In this document: in pieces, positions 8,309 through 17,043 of the stretch
How the letters are laid out: each line of letters starts with the position of its first letter
Numbering within the stretch: position 1 is the stretch's first letter
NCBI GenBank assembly: GCA_001695645.1
Contig: LVZN01000015.1
Coordinates: 1-32,000, forward strand
Reading direction: 5' to 3'
Length of the DNA: 32,000 bases
From: Erysipelotrichaceae bacterium MTC7
GTDB taxonomy: Bacteria > Bacillota_I > Bacilli_A > Erysipelotrichales > Erysipelotrichaceae
The notes under the pieces: model-generated
What the model was told of the DNA's origin: nothing
Databases searched by the model: none
What the model saw: only the letters and a program-made list of their open reading frames with translations
Position numbers and translations under genes: made by a program

Positions 8309-9841
8309 TTACTCCTCCCAGCCCGTAGCTGTTTTAAAAATTTCACATACTTCCTGAACTTTCATTCCAATAATAATTTGTACATTATTACCTTTTACAA
8401 TAGAACCCGTTGCCTGTGTTTTTTCAACAAGCGATTCGTTTACTTTACTCACATCTTTTACATCAATGCGTAATCTTGTAAAACAATTTTCAATTGTTTC
8501 GATATTATCAATACCACCAACAGCTTCAATGAACACTTGAATATCTTGATCCCAATCAGAAGAGGAGTTTGCTTGGGTAGGACCTTCAACCGTAACTAAT
8601 TCACGTCCTGGTGTTTTTAAATCTAATTTTTTGATCATAACTTGGAAAACAACAAACCATACTCCTACTGCTATAACACCGACGATTAAAAATATATGGA
8701 TTTTTGTTAGTCCGATATCTAAAGGCAAGTTACAAATAACCATATCAAGTAAACCATAAATCATATAGGTCCTTGAACCTAATACCCATAAAAGCATCTC
8801 AAACAATCCAGTTAATAAACCATGTGCTAACCAAAGCAATGGTGAAGCAAACAAAAACATGAAATCAAATGGTTCGGTAATCCCTGCAACCATTGCAACA
8901 AATACACTTGGTAGTAACATACTGATTACTTGTTTTCTTCTTTCTGGTTTTGCAGTTTTAATAAATGCAAGGAATGCACCCAATACACCAAAAGCTTTCG
9001 CAAAACCAAATGTCGCAAATCTTACAGATTCATGAATAGCCGTAATTGCTCCTGGATTTGCCATTTCAGCATAGAAGATGTTTGCTGCTCCGGAATATAC
9101 ATTTCCGGAAATTTCAACAACTCCACCAAAACCAGTAAAGCAAAATGGCATCCAAATCATATGATGCAATCCTGTCGGAATTAAGAAACGATTTCCAAAT
9201 GCATAAGCAAATACCCCTAACGGACCTGCATCTTTCATAAATTCAGTTGTTGCGCTAATCCCTTCATTTACAGTTGGCCAAATATACGTAACCCCAACAC
9301 CTAAGATTAAAACTACTGGTATCATTACAGCAAAAGCAAGTCGAGAACCTCCGTATATTTTAAACATGTCATTAAACTCGACATTTGCGAATTTATTAAA
9401 AACGAATGCCGTTATACATCCTAAGATCATCCCTAGAAATACACCCATATCACTAACTTGAAATCCAAGAACCATTGCTTGTCCAGTACCAAACAAACCC
9501 ATTTCTCCAGGTTCCGCTAACATATTTTGTGATGTTAGCCAAGCATTATTGACTGCTAAGAACATTAAGAATGAAATTGCAGCTACTAAAGCAGCATCCA
9601 CTTTTTTGTTTTTTGCCATTGTTGTTGTCAATCCGATACAGAAAATCAAGGATAAATTGTTCAACATAGCATCCATCATAGAAGAAATTAACCCACCAAA
9701 AGCTGCAACCGGTGCAGGCATAAACTCTAACTTGAGAATCGTTGCTAAAGCAATTACAGTACCCATAATCGCTAAGAACATTACGATTCCTGTCATTGAT
9801 CTAGAAAACTTATTCATAATTTTTATAAATTTTTCTTTCAT
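8309..9841 (-). CDS. PTS alpha-glucoside/maltose-type EIICB
   Basis: A polytopic EIIC domain is followed by a C-terminal EIIB with IENCFTRLRIDVKD, the Cys-x-TRLR phospho-Cys motif. SD AAGGGAG lies upstream. Sitting between an RpiR regulator and a GH4 enzyme matches the glv/mal operons. Confidence 0.9.
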   Translation of the reverse strand: MKEKFIKIMNKFSRSMTGIVMFLAIMGTVIALATILKLEFMPAPVAAFGGLISSMMDAMLNNLSLIFCIGLTTTMAKNKKVDAALVAAISFLMFLAVNNAWLTSQNMLAEPGEMGLFGTGQAMVLGFQVSDMGVFLGMILGCITAFVFNKFANVEFNDMFKIYGGSRLAFAVMIPVVLILGVGVTYIWPTVNEGISATTEFMKDAGPLGVFAYAFGNRFLIPTGLHHMIWMPFCFTGFGGVVEISGNVYSGAANIFYAEMANPGAITAIHESVRFATFGFAKAFGVLGAFLAFIKTAKPERRKQVISMLLPSVFVAMVAGITEPFDFMFLFASPLLWLAHGLLTGLFEMLLWVLGSRTYMIYGLLDMVICNLPLDIGLTKIHIFLIVGVIAVGVWFVVFQVMIKKLDLKTPGRELVTVEGPTQANSSSDWDQDIQVFIEAVGGIDNIETIENCFTRLRIDVKDVSKVNESLVEKTQATGSIVKGNNVQIIIGMKVQEVCEIFKTATGWEE

Positions 9842-9904
9842 TTGAAACTCCCTTTTTTTTAATATTAATTGCTATATACATTGTGTCGACCTCTGTACAA
9901 ACTC

Positions 9905-9933
9905 AGTATAAATGAGCAAGAAGCAAGAAACAA
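9905..9933 (-). promoter_or_regulatory. Candidate sigma-A promoter of the EIICB-GH4-EIIA operon
   Basis: Read on the minus strand: TTGTTT (9933-9928), 17-nt spacer, TATACT (9910-9905), about 60 nt upstream of the ATG at 9841. Confidence 0.45.
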
Positions 9934-9954
9934 TAGAAGCAAGTGATGAGTGAA

Positions 9955-9985
9955 AATTGTTACTACTTTATGATAATTGTTACTA
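9955..9985. repeat. Direct repeat AATTGTTACTA x2 (20-nt period) upstream of the glv promoter
   Basis: Identical 11-mers at 9955-9965 and 9975-9985, between the RpiR-gene terminator and the -35 box. Confidence 0.6.
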
Positions 9986-10010
9986 AAAAAGCCACCCAAC
10001 TTGGATGACT
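9985..10010 (-). terminator. Rho-independent terminator after the RpiR gene
   Basis: Minus-strand RNA AGUCAUCCAAGUUGGGUGGCU forms a hairpin (with G-U pairs) followed by UUUUUU (plus-strand A-run 9985-9990). It lies 8 nt after the stop at 10018. Confidence 0.6.
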
Positions 10011-10017
10011 TTATCGA

Positions 10018-10734
10018 CTATTCATTATTTTCTAGATATTTTTTCGAGTATTCCTCAAGTACCATTTCAAAGAATACGATAATCTTCGCAGTGAAAAAAT
10101 CTGCTTTATAACTGGATTTAGAACTACTAATTGAATCTATTTGAATACTCGTATGTGCTAGTTTTCCTGCAGGTGATTCCAAATCAGAAGTAAATGCAAT
10201 AACATTAAAACCATTTTCTTTGGCTTCGCGAATTCGCTCAAGTACTTCACCTCTTGCTCCTGATTTGGACATAACAATGTATAGTCCTTTCTTAAATGTT
10301 GGGTTTGCAAATGCTTCATAATGATAACAAAATGTCGCATTAAAATTGAACACAAGTAGCTTTTGAATAATATAGTCTCTTGCGGCATCTACATATCCAA
10401 GGGAATCAACAAGAACTTTACCATCACTATAGTAGTTCAACAACTCAGCAATCATAGGAATAAACTCTGAATTTGAACCATCTTTTTCTAATGAACTCAC
10501 AGCAAAAACTTCGGGTGAATACCGACTTTTTTTACTAGCTAACATCATATAATACATTTCACTGTACCCACTATAGCCAAGTTTTTTACTTAACTTGATA
10601 ATGGTTGCATTTGAGACAAAACACTCTTCAGCAATCTGTGAAACATTGACCTTTTCATTTTTATCAATATGTTTCCAGATCGTATTCATAATTAAATTTT
10701 CCGTATCATTTAAATTCGTTTTATTTATGTTCAT
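10018..10734 (-). CDS. MurR/RpiR-family regulator (HTH_6 + SIS), GlvR-like
   Basis: An N-terminal HTH (VSQIAEECFVSNATIIKLSKKLGYSGYSE) is followed by a SIS-like domain (IVMSKSGARGEV..AKENGFNVIAFTS). I placed the start at the ATG at 10734 (MNINKTN...) behind GGAG. The 17-codon extension in the ORF track has no SD. Confidence 0.85.
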   Translation of the reverse strand: MNINKTNLNDTENLIMNTIWKHIDKNEKVNVSQIAEECFVSNATIIKLSKKLGYSGYSEMYYMMLASKKSRYSPEVFAVSSLEKDGSNSEFIPMIAELLNYYSDGKVLVDSLGYVDAARDYIIQKLLVFNFNATFCYHYEAFANPTFKKGLYIVMSKSGARGEVLERIREAKENGFNVIAFTSDLESPAGKLAHTSIQIDSISSSKSSYKADFFTAKIIVFFEMVLEEYSKKYLENNE

Positions 10735-10975
10735 AAGCACTCCAATCCTTACATATAGAGTACATGATTTTATGAAACAATTCAAAACATTCAGTTTATT
10801 ACATATTTAACATTTACATCACAGTGTGTTAATTGAATACGATCTCCGAAAAATTTGCATTTGTTTCGAGATATTGACAACTTATCAACTTTGTTCACCA
10901 TATATTGTGCTTTTTTACCTTTTCCAACTTCTTCGTTTTCCTTGATTATCTTGCTTTTTGCCCACAACAAGACAC

Positions 10976-11006
10976 AAAAAAACGTCTCTACTTTATGTAA
11001 AGACGC
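10976..11006 (-). terminator. Rho-independent terminator of the gal operon
   Basis: CGTCTCTAC (10983-10991) / GTAAAGACG (10997-11005) form a 9-bp stem with one mismatch. Seven U follow on the minus strand (plus-strand A-run 10976-10982). It lies 19 nt after the galM stop. Confidence 0.7.
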
Positions 11007-11024
11007 TAATCTTATATACTTTTT

Positions 11025-12041
11025 TTAGCCATACACTTTTGTAAAAGTATAAACGGTAGTTGAACGAAACGGTTCATTTGCTTTATAGACAACATCAGGC
11101 TGTGCTTGGTTATGAATCGCATCAGGTGCGAAGCTTGTTTCGATACAGATTGCACAGTTTCCTTGGTATGCCTTGTTTCCTTTTCCCAAAACCGGGGGTT
11201 CATAGTTAGGTACATACATATGAAAGCCTGGCAAATCGGTTGTCACAACCAATTTGTTTTTTGTTTTTTCATCAACCAAGACAACTTTCTTTGACTCATC
11301 TTCATCAAAGATAAAGAAGTTATCAAATCCTTCACAAGTCGCTATTTGTACATCGTCAGTTTGTTTTAGCGCTTGCACTACTTTACGTGATGTTCGAAAA
11401 TCGTGTGCTCGATTGTCCACACGAAAGATATTTCCTGTCGCTAAATGATCTGCATCATTTTCCATTACCTTTGACACTGGTGTTTGCACTTCTAAATTCT
11501 CAATTTCACCATTTCCTGCCCCTTGTAAGGCAAAGTACATATGGTTTGTTAAATTGATAAGCGTGTCTTTATCACTGCATGCATCATAGTGAATTTCTAG
11601 GCGATCTTCAATTAAACGGAAGGTTACATCGAGTGAAAGATTGCCAGGAAAGCCTTCTTCCAAATCTAGGCTGACATAGGACATTGTTAAACCATTTTCT
11701 ATTTCTTTCACACGAAATATTTTTTTATTGAAGCCTTCTTCTCCACCATGCAACGCATGTTTTTGATTGCCACGATTGATGTGATACGTTTTTCCATCTA
11801 GCTCAAATTGTCCATTGGCAATCCGGTTTGCACAGCGACCAATGGTTGCACCAAAATAATTAGGATTATCTTGATACATAGAGATATCATCATAACCCAA
11901 AACTACATCTGTCCCATCAGGATATATCACCGACACAACCGTAGCTCCTAGATTGGTTAGTTTCACTGTGAGTTTTTTTGTTGTTAGTGTATAAAGATAG
12001 ACATCGTTAAGTCCAACTACTTTTTCCTTTGTGATATTCAT
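11025..12041 (-). CDS. galM: Aldose 1-epimerase (galactose mutarotase)
   Basis: 338 aa. Motifs GRCANRI, ALHGGEEGF and NLTNHMYF are typical of aldose-1-epimerases. It is the last gene of a Leloir operon. Confidence 0.9.
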   Translation of the reverse strand: MNITKEKVVGLNDVYLYTLTTKKLTVKLTNLGATVVSVIYPDGTDVVLGYDDISMYQDNPNYFGATIGRCANRIANGQFELDGKTYHINRGNQKHALHGGEEGFNKKIFRVKEIENGLTMSYVSLDLEEGFPGNLSLDVTFRLIEDRLEIHYDACSDKDTLINLTNHMYFALQGAGNGEIENLEVQTPVSKVMENDADHLATGNIFRVDNRAHDFRTSRKVVQALKQTDDVQIATCEGFDNFFIFDEDESKKVVLVDEKTKNKLVVTTDLPGFHMYVPNYEPPVLGKGNKAYQGNCAICIETSFAPDAIHNQAQPDVVYKANEPFRSTTVYTFTKVYG

Positions 12042-12071
12042 AAGGTTCCTTTCTTGAACATTGATTGCTTT

Positions 12072-13553
12072 TTACAAGGTTTTGATAAACTTGATAAACG
12101 CTTCTTGTCCTACTTCGTCTTGCTTGTAAACACCTGCATTTTCCAAGACATGTAAAAACACGGTTCCGACTTCATTTTCTAATACCGCATCTATTTTGGC
12201 TTCATCCATTGCAGGATATGTTTGTAGCAACATATCATACCATTGTTGATGAATGCTTGCTTTAGTCGGCAATGTTTGTTGGTTAGCCAACCAGCACGTT
12301 TTGATTATATCTAACTCTTCAACTAGTCGAGCTGGTAAAACTGCTAGACCCATAACTTCAATTAAACCAATGTTTTCTTTTTTAATGTTGTGATACTCCG
12401 TGTGCGGATGATAGATTCCATCTGGATGCTTTTCACTTGTACGATTGTTACGTAAAACCAAATCCATTTCGTAAAGTTCTCCCTTTTTACGAACGATTGG
12501 TGTAATCGTATTGTGTCTCTCTCCTTGTGTATTTGCATAAATGCCAACACTTTCATCGGAATATGCTATCCATTTAGCCAATACTTCATCTGCAAACGTG
12601 ATGAGTTCTTGTTTGTCTTTACTGGTTACACGAATCACAGACATTGGCCAATGTAGTCGCCCATAATGCAAATCTGCAAAGTTTTCGCTTGTATAATCAT
12701 CGATAACTTCTGCTTTTGCCATCGCAAAGGTGTAATGTCCACCTTGGAAATGATCATGACTTAAAATACTTCCACCAACAATTGGTAAATCTGCATTACT
12801 ACCAATGAAATAATGTGGTAAGAAATCTACAAAATCACACAAGGCTTGAAATGCATTGTGATCAATTGCCATTGGTTTGTGTTCTTGATTGAAAATAATA
12901 CAATGTTCATTGTAGTACACATATGGCGAATATTGCATAAAGTATCCTTGGTTGTTTAATTGCAGAGGAATAATCCGATGGTTGCTGCGTGCTGGATGAC
13001 TTAAATTTCCTGCATACCCCTCATTTTCCTTGCAAAGTAAGCATTTTGGATAGCCTGTTGATTTTACATGCTTCGCAGCTGCAATATCTTTAGGATCTTT
13101 TTCTGGTTTTGCCAGATTGATCGTAATATCTATATCACCATATGGTGTATTTGTTTTCCACTGCTTGTTTAGTCCCATTCGATCTTTTTGAATGTAATTT
13201 GTATCAATGGAAAATTTGTAATATGCTTCACTTGCTTTTTTTGGTTCCTGTTCATAATTTACATAAAACGTTTCAATCACGGTATATGGTCGTGGAACCA
13301 TTGTGTTCATTAGTTTTGCCCGAAAGATCTCTTTTGTTGCTTGCAAGTCTTCTAACTTACCTGCTTGCAACTGATGCATCTGAATGTCATCGAGAATGTG
13401 AACCAATTCTCTTTCTTGTGTAACTTCACACATCTCAAATACTTCAAGACCTAGTAAATCTAAAATTAAATTTGCACTATAAACAACTTCTTCCTCACCA
13501 ATAAGTTGTTTATTCACCCCATATGCCAACAATTCACTTACTAGGTAATTCAT
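12072..13553 (-). CDS. galT: Galactose-1-phosphate uridylyltransferase (type 2, Gram-positive form)
   Basis: 493 aa, with the active-site SHDHFQGG (HxHxQ) motif. The ATG overlaps the galE stop as TAATG at 13553. Confidence 0.9.
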   Translation of the reverse strand: MNYLVSELLAYGVNKQLIGEEEVVYSANLILDLLGLEVFEMCEVTQERELVHILDDIQMHQLQAGKLEDLQATKEIFRAKLMNTMVPRPYTVIETFYVNYEQEPKKASEAYYKFSIDTNYIQKDRMGLNKQWKTNTPYGDIDITINLAKPEKDPKDIAAAKHVKSTGYPKCLLCKENEGYAGNLSHPARSNHRIIPLQLNNQGYFMQYSPYVYYNEHCIIFNQEHKPMAIDHNAFQALCDFVDFLPHYFIGSNADLPIVGGSILSHDHFQGGHYTFAMAKAEVIDDYTSENFADLHYGRLHWPMSVIRVTSKDKQELITFADEVLAKWIAYSDESVGIYANTQGERHNTITPIVRKKGELYEMDLVLRNNRTSEKHPDGIYHPHTEYHNIKKENIGLIEVMGLAVLPARLVEELDIIKTCWLANQQTLPTKASIHQQWYDMLLQTYPAMDEAKIDAVLENEVGTVFLHVLENAGVYKQDEVGQEAFIKFIKTL

Positions 13554-14527
13554 TACTTTTGTCCTTTATGAAAGTTCCATGCACTTTCAATAATTGCTTT
13601 TACATCTGTCCATGTTGGATCCCAACCAAGCACTTCTTTTGCTTTTACATTTGATGCAATCAAGCGAGCAGGATCTCCTACACGACGTGCTTCCATTTTC
13701 TTGTGGATTGGTGTACCAACAACATCACTAGCAGCATCAATGATTTCCAAGACTGAAAAACCAACACCATTTCCTAAGTTAAAGACATTGCTTTCATTAC
13801 CTGCTTTTAAATATTCAAGTGCACGAATGTGTGCATCTGCTAAATCAAGCACATGGATGTAATCACGAATACAAGTTCCATCTGGCGTATCATAATCATC
13901 ACCAAAAACAGAAATATACTCGCGTTTTCCAAGTGGAACTTGTAAAACAAGCGGAATTAAATGCGTTTCTGGATTGTGCATTTCCCCAATCAATCCGTTT
14001 GGATGCGCCCCACACGCATTGAAGTAACGTAAAGCAACATATTTCATGCCATAGGCAACATCACACCATTTCATCATTTTTTCCATGGTTAACTTGGTTT
14101 CTCCATAGGTATTGGTTGGTGCTGTAACATCTCCTTCTTCAATTGGCATTTTCTTTGCATCACCATAAGTTGCTGCAGTTGATGAAAATACGATATCCTT
14201 AACGCCTGCTTCCTGCATCACTTCAAGTAAGACTTGTGTACCATAAACGTTATTGTCATAATATTTCAATGGTTTTTGCATACTTTCACCAACTAGAGAG
14301 TTTGCCGCAAAATGAATGACACCATCAATGTTTTCTCTGGCAAAAACATCCGTTAAAAATGCCTTATCGCGTAAATCACCTTTGTAAAATGTAGCTTCTG
14401 GGTGAATCAAACATTCAAATCCTGTTTGTAAGTTATCAACAATAACCACTTCATACCCACGCTCAATTAATGTATAAACTGTGTGTGAACCAATGTAACC
14501 AGCCCCACCTAATACTAGTGCTTTCAT
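13553..14527 (-). CDS. galE: UDP-glucose 4-epimerase
   Basis: NAD-binding motif GGAGYIGSH and catalytic YGETK (YxxxK). 324 aa. Confidence 0.95.
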   Translation of the reverse strand: MKALVLGGAGYIGSHTVYTLIERGYEVVIVDNLQTGFECLIHPEATFYKGDLRDKAFLTDVFARENIDGVIHFAANSLVGESMQKPLKYYDNNVYGTQVLLEVMQEAGVKDIVFSSTAATYGDAKKMPIEEGDVTAPTNTYGETKLTMEKMMKWCDVAYGMKYVALRYFNACGAHPNGLIGEMHNPETHLIPLVLQVPLGKREYISVFGDDYDTPDGTCIRDYIHVLDLADAHIRALEYLKAGNESNVFNLGNGVGFSVLEIIDAASDVVGTPIHKKMEARRVGDPARLIASNVKAKEVLGWDPTWTDVKAIIESAWNFHKGQK

Positions 14528-14551
14528 GTTCTGTTCCTTCTTTCTTTACCT

Positions 14552-15835
14552 TTATGCAAAAACTTTATATCCACCAAATGGACGTACTTTAAGTACATAA
14601 CAACTTCCTTCATCAAAAACCGCTTCGATTCCTGTTTTGTAGCTATCAAGCATTTCATTTGGCACAAATGCTTGAATGGTTCCAGCAAACCCACCACCGT
14701 GGACACGACATACACCTTTTCCTTGTAGTAAGTACTCACTCATTGCAAGTCCCGTGGAAATGTTTTGTTCGTTTACATCTTTGTTAGAGTAGACATTTTG
14801 TAAGTATTTATATGAACTATCTCCACTTGCTTTTACCAGTGTTTTAAATTGATCGAAATCATTTGCTTTTAGTGCAGCAACTTCATCAAGAACACGTGCA
14901 TTCTCCCCAAAGAAATGATATGCTCGTAAGACTGGTCGATCACCTAATGTATTTCTAAGTTCACCAACGTTTTGATAGAACAGTGTTGGCTCAATTTCAC
15001 GCAAGAAATCTTTACCAAAGTAATTCGCAACTTTACGCATATCTGCAGGCACAGCTGCATATTCATCGGTTAAGTCAGCATGACTTCCCTTTGTATCCAC
15101 GATGCATAGACTATGATTAGAAGAATCAAAATCAAAGTCTAATTTTTCAACAATAGGATTGCTTGGATCTTTAAAATCAATGGTAATAAAACTACCAACA
15201 GAACTTGCCATTTGATCCATCAATCCACAAGGTTTCATAAAGAATTCATTTTCTGCATATTGACCAATTTTAGCTATTTCAACAGCATCGATTGCACCTT
15301 CGTTGTATTCGTGTGAAAGAATCGTTCCAAGCAAAGTTTCAAATGCAGCGCTACTTGATAAACCTGCCCCTTCAAGTACATCACTTGTCATATAGGCTTC
15401 AAATCCACCGATGTTACCACCGCGATTTTTAATACCTGCAGCAACTCCACGGATAATTGCTTCTGATGTTCCCGCTTCTTTTTCACTTGCAACTAACGTT
15501 GCAGCATTGACTGGTTTGATATTAAATCCTTCTGAGTCTACGATAATGACATCATCCTCACGTTTTGCGACAATTGCAATCGTATCTAAGTTGACCCCTG
15601 CAGCTAACACACGTCCGTGCTGATGGTCCGTATGGTTTCCTCCAACTTCACTTCTTCCTGGTGCAGAATACACACGTACTTCTTTCTCACCAAAATGGTC
15701 TTTGAACGTTTCAAGTGCAAGCACGTAACGTTCTTTTTGTTTTTCAATCATGGATGCATCAACATATAATTTCAATAAATCTGCATCGTGTTTTCCTGTT
15801 TGAATTTCTTCAATAAGTGTTTGAATCATTGCCAT
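14552..15835 (-). CDS. galK: Galactokinase (GHMP family, long form)
   Basis: GHMP motif GAGLSSSAA. PGRSEVGGNHTDHQHG is a variant of the galactokinase signature GRVNLIGEHTDY. SD AAAGGAGA lies upstream, and the gene sits in a gal operon. Confidence 0.85.
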   Translation of the reverse strand: MAMIQTLIEEIQTGKHDADLLKLYVDASMIEKQKERYVLALETFKDHFGEKEVRVYSAPGRSEVGGNHTDHQHGRVLAAGVNLDTIAIVAKREDDVIIVDSEGFNIKPVNAATLVASEKEAGTSEAIIRGVAAGIKNRGGNIGGFEAYMTSDVLEGAGLSSSAAFETLLGTILSHEYNEGAIDAVEIAKIGQYAENEFFMKPCGLMDQMASSVGSFITIDFKDPSNPIVEKLDFDFDSSNHSLCIVDTKGSHADLTDEYAAVPADMRKVANYFGKDFLREIEPTLFYQNVGELRNTLGDRPVLRAYHFFGENARVLDEVAALKANDFDQFKTLVKASGDSSYKYLQNVYSNKDVNEQNISTGLAMSEYLLQGKGVCRVHGGGFAGTIQAFVPNEMLDSYKTGIEAVFDEGSCYVLKVRPFGGYKVFA

Positions 15836-15847
15836 GTTTTTTCTCCT

Positions 15848-16867
15848 TTACATATTTGTTGTCGAATCTCGAACAATCAGGCTTGTGTTAAGAACAATAC
15901 GTTTCCCACGTTGTCCCGTTTCAATATTTTCAAGTACAAGTCCCCCCGCATTGTAACCAAGTAGATGCATGTGTTGATCTACTGTTGTTAACTTGGGATT
16001 GCTGTATTTGCTAAGTAAGGTATTATCAAAACCAATTAAGGCAACATCATCAGGTATGGATAATTGCAATTGTTGACATGCATCAATGACACCCATCGCC
16101 ATCAATTCGTTGCAACAAAAGATAGCATCATACACATGCTCTTGTAAGATTGGTACTAAGATATCTTTTGTTTGTTCAATGATTTGTGCACTGTTTCCTT
16201 CACCACTATAAATCATCCGTGCAGTTGCATGTAGATTATGCCTATCACAAAACTGTTTGAACACCTCTTCTTTGATATCGTAAGAGTAACTATCCGCTCC
16301 ACGCACAAATAAAATATCGTGACGTCCTTGTTGCCAAAAATAAGCAAGTGCTTCACTGATTCCTTTTGCCTCATCACTTAATACAAAGGAAAATTCACTG
16401 TGACTAGGATCTCCATTGATAAAAACGATAGGTACATTTCCAACAATCTTTGAAAAATTTTGCTTATCCATATTTTCTGTGACTGGGTCTGCAATAATAA
16501 TTCCAGCAACGTTTCGAGCAACTAGATTTCGAACACATGCAAGTTCACTCTCTTGATCGTTTTTTGAAAAGGTAATCAACAAAGAATAGCTCTTTTCATT
16601 TAATGCTCGTTCAATACCGTTAACAACCTCAGAGAAAAACATGTTGTCAATGCTAGGAACAATCACACCAATGGTCTTTGAAGCACCAAGTTTAATTTCT
16701 TGGGCTTGTACATTTGGTACAAAGTTTAACTCTTGAATTGCTGCATTTACTCTTTCCTTTGTTTTCACATTTACTGGATAATTCCCATTCACTACACGTG
16801 AGACTGTCGCGACTGACACACCAGCTTTTTTTGCTACATCATGAATTGTTGTTTTGATAAACCTCAC
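15848..16867 (-). CDS. LacI-family regulator (GalR/GanR-like)
   Basis: HTH TIHDVAKKAGVSVATVSRVVNG followed by a periplasmic-binding-protein-like sugar domain. It ends 12 nt before galK. The start is uncertain: the GTG at 16867 overlaps its own SD (AGGAGGTG), as described in the findings. Confidence 0.8.
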   Translation of the reverse strand: MRFIKTTIHDVAKKAGVSVATVSRVVNGNYPVNVKTKERVNAAIQELNFVPNVQAQEIKLGASKTIGVIVPSIDNMFFSEVVNGIERALNEKSYSLLITFSKNDQESELACVRNLVARNVAGIIIADPVTENMDKQNFSKIVGNVPIVFINGDPSHSEFSFVLSDEAKGISEALAYFWQQGRHDILFVRGADSYSYDIKEEVFKQFCDRHNLHATARMIYSGEGNSAQIIEQTKDILVPILQEHVYDAIFCCNELMAMGVIDACQQLQLSIPDDVALIGFDNTLLSKYSNPKLTTVDQHMHLLGYNAGGLVLENIETGQRGKRIVLNTSLIVRDSTTNM

Positions 16868-16881
16868 CTCCTATTATTGTC

Positions 16882-16910
16882 ATAGTAAACGTTTTCTATA
16901 AATACGTCAA
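16882..16910 (-). promoter_or_regulatory. Candidate promoter P1 of the galR-KETM operon
   Basis: Minus strand: TTGACG (16910-16905), 17-nt spacer, TACTAT (16887-16882). Operator O1 overlaps the spacer and the -10 box. Confidence 0.55.
16883..16898. promoter_or_regulatory. LacI-type operator O1 (16-bp palindrome TAGTAAAC|GTTTTCTA)
   Basis: 7 of 8 half-site positions are symmetric around a central CG, as expected for LacI/GalR-family operators. Confidence 0.6.
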
Positions 16911-16926
16911 TACATTCGTAAATTAT

Positions 16927-16942
16927 TTTCAAACGTTCGTAA
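16927..16942. promoter_or_regulatory. LacI-type operator-like site O2 (TTTCAAAC|GTTCGTAA)
   Basis: It shares the AAACGTT core with O1. 6 of 8 half-site positions are symmetric. Confidence 0.4.
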
Positions 16943-16952
16943 ATAAGTAACA

Positions 16953-16981
16953 ATATAAACAGATAACGTTTACCATGACAA
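16953..16981 (-). promoter_or_regulatory. Candidate upstream promoter P2 of the gal operon
   Basis: Minus strand: TTGTCA (16981-16976), 17-nt spacer containing O3, TTATAT (16958-16953). Confidence 0.35.
16960..16975. promoter_or_regulatory. LacI-type operator-like site O3 (CAGATAAC|GTTTACCA)
   Basis: The right half-site TGGTAAAC (reverse complement) matches the O1 half-site at 7 of 8 positions. The left half is poor. Confidence 0.4.
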
Positions 16982-17013
16982 TATAAGAAAAGATCGAGCT
17001 CAATCGATCTTTT
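16981..17013 (-). terminator. Rho-independent terminator after the GH53 gene
   Basis: AAAAGATCGA (16988-16997) / TCGATCTTTT (17004-17013) with a 6-nt loop, followed on the minus strand by UUUUCUUAUAU. It lies 30 nt after the stop at 17044. Confidence 0.7.
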
Positions 17014-17043
17014 CTATAGAGATTTTATAAAAAGATTGGTTTT

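Noticed and set aside
8305-8346. 14-codon N-terminal extension of the GH4 ORF (similar extensions exist at 10735-10785, 19966-20001, 21366-21377 and 25979-26014)
   Set aside because: The extensions overlap upstream genes or lack an SD. Internal ATGs with good SD spacing coincide with the conserved family N-termini.
10791-10901. 36-codon minus-strand ORF (MVNKVDKLSISRNKCKFFGDRIQLTHCDVNVKYVIN) upstream of the RpiR gene
   Set aside because: It has no SD within range of the ATG. The intergenic DNA is AT-rich, so an ORF of this size can arise by chance.
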